Shown here: positions 26,882 to 36,937 of the stretch, piece after piece
Position numbering within the stretch: position 1 is the stretch's first letter
Layout of the letters: the number at the start of each line of letters is the position of its first letter
Origin: Candidatus Kapaibacterium thiocyanatum
GTDB taxonomy: Bacteria > Bacteroidota > Ignavibacteria > Kapaibacteriales > Kapaibacteriaceae
Length of the DNA stretch: 64,000 nt
Assembly (NCBI GenBank): GCA_001899175.1
Contig: MKVH01000014.1
Span: forward strand, 8,907 to 72,906
Reading direction: 5' to 3'
Notes under the pieces: model-generated
What the model was told of the DNA's origin: nothing
Seen by the model: the letters and a program-made list of their open reading frames with translations, nothing else
Database searches by the model: none
Program-made: the position numbers and the translations under genes

Positions 26882-29800
26882 CCTGCGCAACCGTCGTTCG
26901 ACGGTACGGCCGATCGCTTCGTCGAGCGAGCGTTCGAGCACGACGATGTTCGCGCGATGCCATTCATCGGTATGCGTCCACCAGTCGCCCAGTCCAGCCG
27001 CCTTGGTGAACAGCAGGCGCGTCCGTACACGTCGTATCGCAGGCATCGTGCGCAGGCACATCCATGCATAGGCCATCATCTGCGGCAGGTACGGTGCGGC
27101 CCGTTGGCCGACGTCGGCCGCAGACGCTACATGGGAGGTCTTCCAGTCCCACACTTCCACGATATCGTCGTCGACCGTCATACGAACGTCGATGACGCCT
27201 TGCAGGATCGTATCACCGAAGGCCGCGATGAGAGGCTCTTCCACGATTGCGTGGTCGAAGACCATGCCCGCGACAGGTGTGGCATGCAACACGGCCAGCA
27301 CTTCGCCGATGGCGAATGTCCGTACGTCGGGTGTGATGATCCGCGTGTCGAGCAGCGTTTCCAGTCGTGCACGTTGTTCCGCCTCGTTCATGGTCACTGC
27401 CGGTAGCATGTGTTGCAACAGGAAGTGCATGAGCGTTCCATAGGCCGGTCCGGTGCTCGAATCGATACCGGTCTCGATCGTCGATGCACTCGGTTCATCG
27501 AGCATGGCCAGTGGATCGAGGAGATCCGTCGCCGTGAGGATGTCGGGGCGATAGTCGATCGCGAGCGGTGCGGAGAGGTCGAGGACGTCGCGTTTTGTGG
27601 TGTCCGGAGGCACATAGCCGGCGGCGTCGTATCTCCCGTATCGTCCATGAATGATGAGGCCATTGGAAAAGGCCCATGCGTCCGGGCGATCCGCGATGGG
27701 AGAACGCGCATCGAGTACGGGCTGCAGGAGGGCGTTCAGTCCCTTCGGTGCCGAGAGGAATCCCCTGGAGGTGATCCCGAACGGCATACTGACGAGCAGA
27801 TGATCCCTGGCACGGGTCATTGCGACATAGAGAAGTCTCCGTTCTTCCGCACCATCACGCAGGATCGTCGCCTGACGATTGATGTCGTGCATGAAGGATG
27901 TCGGGCGCTCGACGGCGCGACCATCGCTCCGGTAGATCCTGTCGGTCAACGACAGGGTGAGTCCCATCTCGTCCGACCATATCCAGCCCGGCGGTGGTAC
28001 GCCTGCATTGGTATCGGCGACGATGACGACGGGGAATTCCAGACCCTTCGATGCATGGATGGTCATGACCTGCACGGCGTCGGGATCCGCCATGAAGGTA
28101 CGTTCCGCCTCCGTATCCCGTTCGGACGGAGGTGTCAACGCATCCACGAGATCGCGTAGCGTCGCACCGGCAGATGTACTCGTATCGTCGAGAATGTCGA
28201 GAGCCTTGTCGACGTTCGCGACGATCTGATCCCTGCGTCGATCACCCGCTATGGAAGGATACCATCGTGACGACGACAGCGCACGGCGGAGCACTTGCGT
28301 CGGCGGAATGAGGCCGATCGTCGTCCGCGCTTCATCCAGTACCTTCCATGCCGCCTGAAGGGATTCGCCTGCACTACCGTTCCTGACCATGCCGGAGAGG
28401 GCATCCCATGCCGAGACCGGGGAGCCGGCGATACGGACCAGGTCGATGTCGTCGACCATCATCATCGGAGAGCGCAGGACGCAGAACAGTGCCAGATCGT
28501 CGGCCGTATCGCTGCACCAGAGCAGCAGGTTGCGGAGGTCCGCGATTTCGGGCCGCGAGAAGAATGCCCGCCCACCGTGTGCCTGGTATGGAATGCCCAG
28601 CGTACGCAAGGCGTCGATCATGACCGGAATGGCCGTCGTACGGCGTACGAGGATGGCGATGTCACCGGGGCCGACTCGCCGCAGGCCCGACGCATCTTCC
28701 ACATGGAGCGGTATCGTGCCGTTCAGGATGTCTGCGACGCCACGGGCGCAGTTGCGCAGTTCGGCCGACAGCGCGGAGTCGTCCACGTCCCGCTCGTCGG
28801 CTTCACCGGAAAGCTGTGTGGCGATGATCGTCATGGAGCCGAGACCGTCGGGCGCGATACGGCCGCAGGCGAGGTCGGTGTAGGCTACGTCGTAGTCGCT
28901 GGCCTGACGGAAGATGTCCGCGCAGAGCGTATTCACCGCCGTCGCCAGTCCGGGAGCCATCCGGAACGACGACGTCATCTTCACCGTATGCCCGATATCG
29001 TCAGCCGCCTTGCGGAACAGGCGCACATCGGCTTCGCGGAACCCATATATACTTTGTTTATCATCACCGACGATATAAAGATTCGGAGCGCGGAGCAGGT
29101 CGACGATCTCGTACTGTAGGGGATTCGTGTCCTGGAATTCATCGACCATCAGGAAGCGGATACCTCTGCGGACATCCGCGGCGATGCGTTCGTTGCGCAG
29201 GAGGTCCCGTGCCATGAGCATCATGTCGTCGAAATCCATACCGTTCCGTTCGATCTTGGCGGCTCTGTAGTGCCTGGCCGCATCGGCGGCGAGATCGAGG
29301 ACGGTATTCATGCAGTCGATCTGCAACAGTTCCGCATCAGTATCGATATCGGCCGTGGCGAACGATGCGATACGTTCCCACGTCGACTTCGAGATCGGTG
29401 TGATATCCCGTACTTCCGGAAAGGCTGCCTGCGCGGACTTCTTGTGTCCGGTGCCACCCTTTGTATAGATGGTGCCGATGAGATGGATGGCTTCTCCGAT
29501 GATGAGAAGCGAGTCGTCGTGCGCACCGTATCTGAGTCTGTCGACGATGCCGTCGATGGTTCCGATCGTCGTTGCGGCTTCCACGATACCGTTGCCGAGC
29601 AATGCGACGAGATTCGTACGAACGGTCAGGAGCAGCGATATCACCGATGAGCGGGCTACGTAGGGCCACGTCTGCAGCCGATGTTGCAGCAGATCCGCCT
29701 CGTCGGAAAACCGGCGCCGCCATTCGTCAATGCGGCTGGCCCGTTCGGACGATGTTCCGAAGGTCATGACGAGCTGCTCGACGTTCGGAGGATCGATTTC

Positions 29801-30274
29801 ATCGAAGAGACGCAGCAGGCGCTCGCGTCGATCGTCACCGGACTGCAGCCACATCCGGACGGTCTGCATTACGGCATCCCGTTGCAGGGAGTACGTTTCA
29901 CGCGGTCCGAGTTCGCGCATGTCGGATTCGAGTCCGAGCTCGTCGGCATACTGCGTGATCAGGCCGCCACAGAAACTGTGGAAGGTACTGATACGAGCCG
30001 TGCCCATATGCTGTGCCCATTCGCGGGCCTGGATACCGATCGTCGGATCGTCCTGCAGATCGTCGAGCCGTTCGCGGATGCGACTGCGCATTTCCGCGGC
30101 GGCCTTGATCGTGAAGGTGATAGCCACGATCTCGTCGAGTTGCGCTTCGCCGGCCAGGAGAATATTGACGAAACGTTCCGTCAGCACTCTGGTCTTGCCC
30201 GAACCGGCATTGGCGAGGACCGCCAGATGGCGGTTCGTCGACAACGCTTCCTGCTGTTCGGGAGTGAACATCAT
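26861..30274 (-). CDS. UvrD/PcrA-type SF1 helicase fused to a C-terminal PD-(D/E)XK nuclease domain (AddA-like)
   Basis: 1137 aa. The N-terminus MMFTPEQQEALSTNRHLAVLANAGSGKTRVLTERF is the UvrD motif I/Walker A. Further helicase motifs follow (…VDEFQDTNPLQ…, …TIHASKGLEFPVVIV…). The C-terminus has a RecB-like nuclease signature (…DVRMTVDDDIVEVWDWKTS…). Confidence 0.85.
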   Translation of the reverse strand: MMFTPEQQEALSTNRHLAVLANAGSGKTRVLTERFVNILLAGEAQLDEIVAITFTIKAAAEMRSRIRERLDDLQDDPTIGIQAREWAQHMGTARISTFHSFCGGLITQYADELGLESDMRELGPRETYSLQRDAVMQTVRMWLQSGDDRRERLLRLFDEIDPPNVEQLVMTFGTSSERASRIDEWRRRFSDEADLLQHRLQTWPYVARSSVISLLLTVRTNLVALLGNGIVEAATTIGTIDGIVDRLRYGAHDDSLLIIGEAIHLIGTIYTKGGTGHKKSAQAAFPEVRDITPISKSTWERIASFATADIDTDAELLQIDCMNTVLDLAADAARHYRAAKIERNGMDFDDMMLMARDLLRNERIAADVRRGIRFLMVDEFQDTNPLQYEIVDLLRAPNLYIVGDDKQSIYGFREADVRLFRKAADDIGHTVKMTSSFRMAPGLATAVNTLCADIFRQASDYDVAYTDLACGRIAPDGLGSMTIIATQLSGEADERDVDDSALSAELRNCARGVADILNGTIPLHVEDASGLRRVGPGDIAILVRRTTAIPVMIDALRTLGIPYQAHGGRAFFSRPEIADLRNLLLWCSDTADDLALFCVLRSPMMMVDDIDLVRIAGSPVSAWDALSGMVRNGSAGESLQAAWKVLDEARTTIGLIPPTQVLRRALSSSRWYPSIAGDRRRDQIVANVDKALDILDDTSTSAGATLRDLVDALTPPSERDTEAERTFMADPDAVQVMTIHASKGLEFPVVIVADTNAGVPPPGWIWSDEMGLTLSLTDRIYRSDGRAVERPTSFMHDINRQATILRDGAEERRLLYVAMTRARDHLLVSMPFGITSRGFLSAPKGLNALLQPVLDARSPIADRPDAWAFSNGLIIHGRYGRYDAAGYVPPDTTKRDVLDLSAPLAIDYRPDILTATDLLDPLAMLDEPSASTIETGIDSSTGPAYGTLMHFLLQHMLPAVTMNEAEQRARLETLLDTRIITPDVRTFAIGEVLAVLHATPVAGMVFDHAIVEEPLIAAFGDTILQGVIDVRMTVDDDIVEVWDWKTSHVASAADVGQRAAPYLPQMMAYAWMCLRTMPAIRRVRTRLLFTKAAGLGDWWTHTDEWHRANIVVLERSLDEAIGRTVERRLRRSGLRDR

Positions 30275-30280
30275 GATCGG

Positions 30281-31543
30281 TCAGTCATCGGATGGTGAGG
30301 GCAGTATCAGGCAGCGACTCCATCGATCCGGACGGCACCAGCGCCGGGCTGCCGCATTGACGTCGTCGATGGTCACGGCGTTGATCCTGTCGATCGTCAC
30401 ATAGGGATCTTCGGGAACGCCGTCTTCGAACATTCCCTTGCCGAGCATCGTCATCCGTGCCGTCAGTGATTCGAGCGACATGATCTTGCCTGCACGCATC
30501 TGTTCCTTTGCCCTGCGCAGTTCGGCGGGACGCAGACCCTCGCGTGCGACCAGCGCCAGTTCTTCGTCGATGACGGCCAGTGCGCGATCACGGCGCTGCT
30601 CTTCCACACCGGCGTAGATGGCGAAGATTCCGCAGTCGACGAACAGTTGCAACTGCGAATAGACGTTGTAGGCCAGTCCCTTCCGCTCGCGCAGACGTAC
30701 GTTCAGTCGCGAGGACATTCCGTCTCCCAGTGCCGTGTTCAGCAGCATCAGGGCGAACCGTTCGGAATCGCGGTGACCGGGTACGCGCACCTGCCAGAGG
30801 ATGTGGGCCTGCTGGACCGGACGCTCCATGGTCAACGACGAGGTGGAGAGAGAAGGAGGGGCCTTACGCGACAAGGCACGGCCTCGCGGGCGCACATTCG
30901 TCAACGTGCGTTCGGCCAGTGCGATGAAGTCTTCGGGGTCGACGTTGCCCGATACCGTGACGATCAGCGACCCCGCATGATAGTGGCGGGCATGGAAGTT
31001 CCGGACATCGTCGGCCGTGATATTCGCCACGCTGTCCACCGTGCCCACGATGGGAACTCCCAGCGGGTGCCTGCCGAACATCTGTCCTTCACCGGTATCG
31101 AAGATGAATTCTTCGGCTTCGTCCTCGTATGAACGGATCTCTTCGGTGATGATCGTACGTTCCTTCTCCACATCCTTCGGATCGAAGACCGGATTCAGGA
31201 CGACGTCGGCCAACGTACGGAATACGGCGGGGAGGTGTTCGCGCAGGGTTCTGACGTAGTAGCAGGTCTCTTCCTTCGTCGTATATGCGTTGGCATAGGC
31301 TCCGACGTTCTCGAAGTCCCTGGCGATGCGCTGCGTCGTACGTCCGGGTGTGCGTCGGAACGAGGTATGTTCGACGAAATGGGCCACGCCTGCCTGGGAG
31401 CGGGGTTCGTCCCGTGTACCGGCCCGTACCCAGATGCCGACGGCACACGAATCCACGGACGGTACGCGATCGACGATGACCGGAATTCCGTTGGACAGGC
31501 GGGTCGTGAGGGGAGAATATACCGAGCGTGAGGTCGTATCCAT
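30281..31543 (-). CDS. M16-family (pitrilysin/insulinase) zinc peptidase
   Basis: HxxEH zinc motif (GVAHFVEHTSF) with downstream ...NAYT..E.T.YY. The ORF extends to 31579, but a start at Met13 (31543) fits family length and leaves room for the divergent promoter. Confidence 0.8.
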   Translation of the reverse strand: MDTTSRSVYSPLTTRLSNGIPVIVDRVPSVDSCAVGIWVRAGTRDEPRSQAGVAHFVEHTSFRRTPGRTTQRIARDFENVGAYANAYTTKEETCYYVRTLREHLPAVFRTLADVVLNPVFDPKDVEKERTIITEEIRSYEDEAEEFIFDTGEGQMFGRHPLGVPIVGTVDSVANITADDVRNFHARHYHAGSLIVTVSGNVDPEDFIALAERTLTNVRPRGRALSRKAPPSLSTSSLTMERPVQQAHILWQVRVPGHRDSERFALMLLNTALGDGMSSRLNVRLRERKGLAYNVYSQLQLFVDCGIFAIYAGVEEQRRDRALAVIDEELALVAREGLRPAELRRAKEQMRAGKIMSLESLTARMTMLGKGMFEDGVPEDPYVTIDRINAVTIDDVNAAARRWCRPDRWSRCLILPSPSDD

Positions 31544-31596
31544 ACCGTCATCATTGGAAGGAGAGCCCAAATATAGCACCGGGTAGGCAGTGACCG

Positions 31597-32859
31597 TTGG
31601 CCGTGATCCGGGATATGGCCATTTTCGTATCCGAGTATCACAAGGGGAACATGCGAGCTCTCATCCGCCTGTTGCTGTCGTTCGACAATCTGATGATCAC
31701 CATCGCCACGTGTATCGCGGCGCTGCTGCTCTATGTCGTGCCGCAGAACTTCGACTTTCTCAGCCCGCTTTCCCAGGCCCTCGGAGACGTTGATCTCACG
31801 GACATCGTGCTGTCCCAGCTCCGTGGCGACGATCATGTCGACGTCGACACGTCGATCGTTCTGGTCAACATCGGTAACGGAGACAGGGCACAGATCGCCG
31901 AACAGCTCCGGAACATCAGCCGTTTCGAGCCGGCAGCCGTAGGTCTCGATGCCTTCTTTCTCGCACAGAAGGACGTCGAGCTGGATTCTGCTCTCGCACG
32001 GGCGCTGGCCGCGACACCGAATCTCGTGATGGTGTCCAGGCTCGAAGCCGACGACGACGGAACCTCGTTCCACGACCTCGTGCGCAGCCGCCCGGAGTTC
32101 GGTCATAGTGCCTATACCGGATTTGCCAACCTCGTCACCGAAGAGGAGAAGGACGTGAAGACGTGCCGCGAGGTATCGTTCGAGGAGAAGGTCGATGGCC
32201 GGACGGAACCGTCATTCCCCATCGCCCTGGCCACGATCGTCGCCCCGGACAAGGCGCGTACCGCTCTGGCACGCGAGCAGACGACGGAGACCATCAACTT
32301 CCGTGGCAACCTCGGGAGCTTCTACCACATCGACGTCGAGCAATCGCTCGATCCGGGGGCCGACCTCTCCGTGGTCAAGGGCAAGGTCGTCCTGATGGGC
32401 TTCCTCGGAGACTACATCGGCGAGAAGAGCGTGGAGGACAAGTTCTTCACGCCCATGAACGAACAATACGTGGGACGCAGTCTGCCGGACATGTACGGTG
32501 TCGTGATCCATGCCAATGTCCTGTCCATGATCCTGTCGGGTGAATACATCGCGACGGCGACATTCGCCCAGAATCTTTTACTCGGTATGTGCGTACTCGT
32601 CCTGAACGTTTTGACGTTTACGTACATTTACACCCGGTACGAAGCCTGGTACGATACACTTGCCCTGGCCATCCAGCTCGTGGAGTCCCTCGCGATCTTC
32701 TATGGAACCATCGTTCTGTTCGATGATTACCACGTCAAGATCAATCCGACACCGGCGCTCCTGGGCGTCTTCCTCGTCGGGACGGTCCATGATCTCTATC
32801 AGGACTCGTTGAAGAAAATCATCCTTCGTACCTTCCGAAAGAAAAGGGCAGAACAATGA
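31597..32859 (+). CDS. CHASE2 domain-containing membrane protein without a recognisable output domain
   Basis: An N-terminal TM segment is followed by a periplasmic CHASE2-like region (…IVLVNIGNGDRAQIAEQLRNISRFEPAAVGLDAFF…) and then three to four C-terminal TM helices. No kinase, cyclase or GGDEF domain is present. The start may be Met19 (31651). Confidence 0.65.
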   Translation: MAVIRDMAIFVSEYHKGNMRALIRLLLSFDNLMITIATCIAALLLYVVPQNFDFLSPLSQALGDVDLTDIVLSQLRGDDHVDVDTSIVLVNIGNGDRAQIAEQLRNISRFEPAAVGLDAFFLAQKDVELDSALARALAATPNLVMVSRLEADDDGTSFHDLVRSRPEFGHSAYTGFANLVTEEEKDVKTCREVSFEEKVDGRTEPSFPIALATIVAPDKARTALAREQTTETINFRGNLGSFYHIDVEQSLDPGADLSVVKGKVVLMGFLGDYIGEKSVEDKFFTPMNEQYVGRSLPDMYGVVIHANVLSMILSGEYIATATFAQNLLLGMCVLVLNVLTFTYIYTRYEAWYDTLALAIQLVESLAIFYGTIVLFDDYHVKINPTPALLGVFLVGTVHDLYQDSLKKIILRTFRKKRAEQ

Positions 32860-33869
32860 GAGCGATACTCCTGACGATGTTCCTGTGTGCAGCCGTGACG
32901 GTGACGTCCGCGCAGGACAGATTCAAGGTTCTTGCGGTGCGGGGCAAGGTGACCTGCAATGCGGGATCGGTCCGTCTAGGTATGAAGCTTGGTCTCAAGG
33001 AACGCGTCACGGTAACGAAGGGCGGCTACGTCAGTCTCGCCCACAACAACGGCCGCACACTCGAGCTGAGCAAGGAAGGCGCATACAAGATCGCCGATCT
33101 CGACAAGGCGGCCACCAGGAAGAGCTCCAGCGTCAGCGGCAAGTTCGCCGCCTATGTCTACAACGAACTGACCGAGGTCGACGAGCCCATCGCATTCAAG
33201 GACGATCACAAGGGGCGCATGAAGACGGTCGGTGCCGTCGAGCGTGCGGATGGCGATGACGTGAGCGTCGTCGATACCATCGATGCCGCAGTAGGTGGTA
33301 TGGGCGAGGCACGACAACTGGCGGTGGTCGCATACAACGGTATGGCCAGGGGGAAGGAACTCGTCGCCATCATGCCCCGGCATACACGACTGATCGGCGA
33401 TAGCGTGACGTTCGTATGGCACAGGCTGCCGAACACGTCGAGATACAAGGTCGTCGTTCTGGACCGTGAGAACAGGGAGATATTCGGCCGTGACGTATCG
33501 GATACGTCGATGATGGTCACGACGGCGCAACTGCCGCTGACGCCTGGCCAGGTCTACTTCTGGCACGTCGAAGGTGGGGGCGGCGTCCGCTCGGACGAGT
33601 ACGCTCTCTATCGTCTGACGCCGGCGGAGCGTGCGGAGGCCGAAGCCGTGGTCCATGGGGCGAAGGACGACATGGACGACGATCAGTCGGCTATCGCACG
33701 GCTGATTCTCGCCGCTGCCTATGAAGATCAGGGATTGATGTACGACGCACATCGTGCGTATATCGACGCGGTGAATATCGCACCGGGCGTACAGAACTAC
33801 AAGCGCCTGCATGCCGAGTTCCTGCGCCGTCAGGGATTGAATTACGACGCCTATCAGGCGTATCGATAG
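32856..33869 (+). CDS. Secreted protein, unknown function; possible FecR-like N-terminus and TPR-like C-terminus
   Basis: Its ATG overlaps the CHASE2 stop (ATGA). Signal peptide MRAILLTMFLCAAVTVTSA|QD. The C-terminus is helical-repeat-like (…ARLILAAAYEDQGLMYDAHRAYIDAVNIAP…). The family assignment is tentative. Confidence 0.5.
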   Translation: MRAILLTMFLCAAVTVTSAQDRFKVLAVRGKVTCNAGSVRLGMKLGLKERVTVTKGGYVSLAHNNGRTLELSKEGAYKIADLDKAATRKSSSVSGKFAAYVYNELTEVDEPIAFKDDHKGRMKTVGAVERADGDDVSVVDTIDAAVGGMGEARQLAVVAYNGMARGKELVAIMPRHTRLIGDSVTFVWHRLPNTSRYKVVVLDRENREIFGRDVSDTSMMVTTAQLPLTPGQVYFWHVEGGGGVRSDEYALYRLTPAERAEAEAVVHGAKDDMDDDQSAIARLILAAAYEDQGLMYDAHRAYIDAVNIAPGVQNYKRLHAEFLRRQGLNYDAYQAYR

Positions 33870-33878
33870 GAGAACTAC

Positions 33879-34313
33879 ATGACGCCGGTACAACTCTGGC
33901 TCGTCGCTGCCATCGTTCTGTTCATTCTCGAAGTTATCACACCAGGCTTCGTTCTGGCAAATTTCGGCGTAGCCGCTCTCGCCGCAGGTGTTGTGGCATG
34001 GGCCGGCGGGGGAGAGATCGCCCAGGTCATGACTTTCTGTATCGTCTGCCTGCTGTCCTTCGTGACCATCCGGCCCTTCCTGCAGAAGACCATCTTCCGT
34101 GAAGGAAGGCGTGCGCGTACGGGAACGGATGCGTTGATCGGTCGCATGGCGAAAGTATCGGAAGACATTCCATCGGCACCCGATACCGGGCGCGTGCTCA
34201 TCGACGGCGACGACTGGCGTGCCATGTCGCTGAACGGTGGCGCTATCCATGCCGGGGCCGTGGTGCGTATCGTGCGGGTAGACAGTACGACCGTCATCGT
34301 CAGCGAACAATAG
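33879..34313 (+). CDS. NfeD-family membrane protein (OB-fold partner of SPFH proteins)
   Basis: 144 aa with N-terminal TM helices (WLVAAIVLFILEVITPGFVLANFGVAALAAG) and a C-terminal beta-rich domain (…GRVLIDGDDWRAMSLNGGAIHAGAVVRIVRVDSTTVIV). It lies immediately upstream of an SPFH gene. Confidence 0.75.
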   Translation: MTPVQLWLVAAIVLFILEVITPGFVLANFGVAALAAGVVAWAGGGEIAQVMTFCIVCLLSFVTIRPFLQKTIFREGRRARTGTDALIGRMAKVSEDIPSAPDTGRVLIDGDDWRAMSLNGGAIHAGAVVRIVRVDSTTVIVSEQ

Positions 34314-34337
34314 TCATTCATTCAGCAAGGTCTCGTC

Positions 34338-35309
34338 ATGGAATATGTACTCGGTGCATTGGTCCTGTTCGTCCTCGTCCTTCTCATGAAGGGTATCCGT
34401 GTCGTTCAGCAGGCGGAGACGATCATCATCGAACGTCTCGGCCGCTATCACAGGACGCTGGAAAGCGGCATCAATATCATCATCCCGTTGATCGACAAGC
34501 CGCGTCCGATCGACTGGCGCTTCGTACGCACCGATCCGTCCGGCAAGAGCCTGTACATCGCCATGCGTACGCCGAAGATCGATCTGCGCGAAACCGTCTA
34601 CGACTTTCCGCGCCAGGGTGTGATCACGCGCGACAACGTGACGATCGAGATCAATGCCTTGCTCTACTTCCAGGTCGTGGAACCGATGAAGGCCGTTTAC
34701 GAAATCTCCAATCTTCCCGATGCGATCCAGAAGCTGACGCAGACGACGCTGCGTAACGTGATCGGGGATCTCGAGCTCGACGAGACGCTGACGTCACGCG
34801 ATACCATCAACAGCAAGCTGCGGGCCATCCTCGACGAGGCATCGCACAAGTGGGGCGTGAAGGTCAATCGCGTCGAGTTGCAGGACATCATCCCTCCGCG
34901 GGACATCCAGGAAGCGATGGAGAAGCAGATGCGTGCGGAACGCGATCGTCGTGCCACCATCCTCACGGCCGAAGCCAGCAAGAAGAGCGCCGTCCTCGAG
35001 TCGGAAGGTATGCGCGAGTCGGAGATCAATCGTGCAGAAGGCGAGAAACGTTCGCAGATCCTCATTGCCGAGGGCGAAGCCGAGGCGCGGATGCGTGTTG
35101 CCAACGGAGAGGCCGAAGCCATCAAGAGCGTCGCTTCGGCCGTCGCACAGAGCAAGGGCGATCCCACGCAATACCTGATCGCGATCCGTTACATCGAGGC
35201 CATGAAGGAAATGGCGATGAACGGTAACAAGACGGTCTTCATGCCCTATGAAGCCAGCGGTGTTATGTCGTCGCTCGCCGCCATGAAGGAGATCTGGAAA
35301 CAACCATGA
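34338..35309 (+). CDS. SPFH/band-7 (stomatin/prohibitin-like) protein
   Basis: Has an N-terminal TM helix. The SPFH core reads …RGIRVVQQAETIIIERLGRYHRTL…GINIIIPLIDK…TRDNVTIEINALLYFQVV…. A C-terminal coiled coil (AEGEAEARMRVANGEAEAIK) follows. Confidence 0.9.
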   Translation: MEYVLGALVLFVLVLLMKGIRVVQQAETIIIERLGRYHRTLESGINIIIPLIDKPRPIDWRFVRTDPSGKSLYIAMRTPKIDLRETVYDFPRQGVITRDNVTIEINALLYFQVVEPMKAVYEISNLPDAIQKLTQTTLRNVIGDLELDETLTSRDTINSKLRAILDEASHKWGVKVNRVELQDIIPPRDIQEAMEKQMRAERDRRATILTAEASKKSAVLESEGMRESEINRAEGEKRSQILIAEGEAEARMRVANGEAEAIKSVASAVAQSKGDPTQYLIAIRYIEAMKEMAMNGNKTVFMPYEASGVMSSLAAMKEIWKQP

Positions 35310-35935
35310 TGACGTACCTGGTTGTCCTTTCACTGGTCGGTGCCAGTCTTCATGGAATGACGGTATCCGACCCCGATGATGTCTGGAAGGCCCTCCATCA
35401 GCGGATGAGGGCCTTCGACACGACGCTGGACTATACACAGGTACGGATGGCCTACGTCCGGTCCTCGGCATACGATCCGTACGGTGAGTTGTCGATGAGC
35501 GATATGATCATGGATGGGGTTCGTGCTCTGGCAGCCGGTAACACCCGACGCGCACGAACCCTCCTGGATTCTGCCGTAGCTGGACAACCACTGAACGTGC
35601 AGGCAAATATTGCCATGGCTACGTTTTTGGAACGTATCGGACGGAATGATACGGCTAAGGCATACAGGAGAATTGCGAATGGAGTATTGAGTGCCCTGAT
35701 GTCGTCCGGGAATGGGCGCTCTGCTTCTACGGCGATGGTGGCTATCAGTACCGGCGAAGAATATGCCTATATGACCATGTTCAACCTGACGCCGCTATTC
35801 GAGATAACACGGTACGTCGATGGCAAGCGGTATAATCTGCGTCAATGCCAAACCGCAGATGGTGACACAGTGCGAATTTGGTTCAATATCGATCTGTCGA
35901 TCGAACGTCTGTCCCGAACGACACGGGAAAGATAG
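35306..35935 (+). CDS. Hypothetical secreted protein
   Basis: Its ATG overlaps the SPFH stop (ATGA). It has an N-terminal signal-like segment. The 3' half has locally low GC (~48%). Confidence 0.5.
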   Translation: MMTYLVVLSLVGASLHGMTVSDPDDVWKALHQRMRAFDTTLDYTQVRMAYVRSSAYDPYGELSMSDMIMDGVRALAAGNTRRARTLLDSAVAGQPLNVQANIAMATFLERIGRNDTAKAYRRIANGVLSALMSSGNGRSASTAMVAISTGEEYAYMTMFNLTPLFEITRYVDGKRYNLRQCQTADGDTVRIWFNIDLSIERLSRTTRER

Positions 35936-35941
35936 TACGGA

Positions 35942-36937
35942 TCACTCCGGTATCACCGACCACGGAATCGTCCTGCCGGCCCACATCGGTACCACGGAGC
36001 CGTAACGTTCGGGAATGGTCATGGCCTCGTTCGTCAATCGTATGGTGCGTTCGGGAGGCTGGATACGATAGATGCGCTTCGCATTGTCGCTCACGAAGGC
36101 CTGCAGACGATCCAGCGCGTGATGACGTTCGAACAGCTCACCGAGCAAGGGCAGGATGATTGGGGCGGTGAAGACGCCGGCCGCGCATCCGGGACATTCC
36201 TTCTTGTCGATAGGATGCGGCGCACTGTCGCTGCCGAACATCAGTTTCGGGTGGGCCTCCAGCGCCGCTTTCAGCAAGGCGTCGCGGTCCTCGGGGCGCT
36301 TCGCGATAGGCTTGCAGAACAGATGGGGATTCATGAGGCCACCGACGACGTCATCGAGCGTGATGATGAGGTGATGCAGCGTTACCGTCGCATGAAGATT
36401 CTCGTACCGGTCGAGCAACGTGACGGCATCGGCGGTGGTGATGTGTTCCATCGTGATCCGCAGGCGCGGGAACCGTTCCGCGAGATGACGATAGACGTCG
36501 CAGAATTCACGTTCCCGATCCATCACGAAGCCGTGCGTTTCGCCGTGGACGAGCAGGGGAATGTCCTGTTCCTGCATCATGGCGAAGACGTGATCCATCT
36601 TCCCGATCTCCTGGACACCCGCTTCGCTGTTCGTCGTGGCACCGGCGGGATAGAGCTTGATGCCGATGATATGCGGCTTCGCGGCAGCGAGTTCGGCTTC
36701 CGTATAGTCGCGGAAGAACAGCGTCATGTAGGGCTCGAACGCATGCGGGGCGACGGCTGCACGGACTTCCTCCGTATACCACAGAAGGCGCTCGACGGAG
36801 TTCACCGGCGGGAGCAGGTTGGGCATGATGACGCCACCGGCGAAATGGCCGGCGGTGAGTGGAGCCACGAGACGGAGCATGTCGTCCTGCCTGAAGTGCA
36901 GGTGCATGTCGAGCGGAGAGCGGAGGGTGATGGTCAT
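35942..36937 (-). CDS. pyrC: Dihydroorotase, homodimeric type II (PyrC)
   Basis: [21 protein letters not shown]…[10 protein letters not shown]…[11 protein letters not shown]…LLVHGE…FGSDSAPHP…CPGCAAGVF aligns along its length with E. coli PyrC (RRPDDWHLHLRDG…MPNLAPPV…KLYPANATTNS…FLGTDSAPH…CGCAGCF). The upstream in-frame extension to 37267 was rejected. Confidence 0.9.
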   Translation of the reverse strand: MTITLRSPLDMHLHFRQDDMLRLVAPLTAGHFAGGVIMPNLLPPVNSVERLLWYTEEVRAAVAPHAFEPYMTLFFRDYTEAELAAAKPHIIGIKLYPAGATTNSEAGVQEIGKMDHVFAMMQEQDIPLLVHGETHGFVMDREREFCDVYRHLAERFPRLRITMEHITTADAVTLLDRYENLHATVTLHHLIITLDDVVGGLMNPHLFCKPIAKRPEDRDALLKAALEAHPKLMFGSDSAPHPIDKKECPGCAAGVFTAPIILPLLGELFERHHALDRLQAFVSDNAKRIYRIQPPERTIRLTNEAMTIPERYGSVVPMWAGRTIPWSVIPE

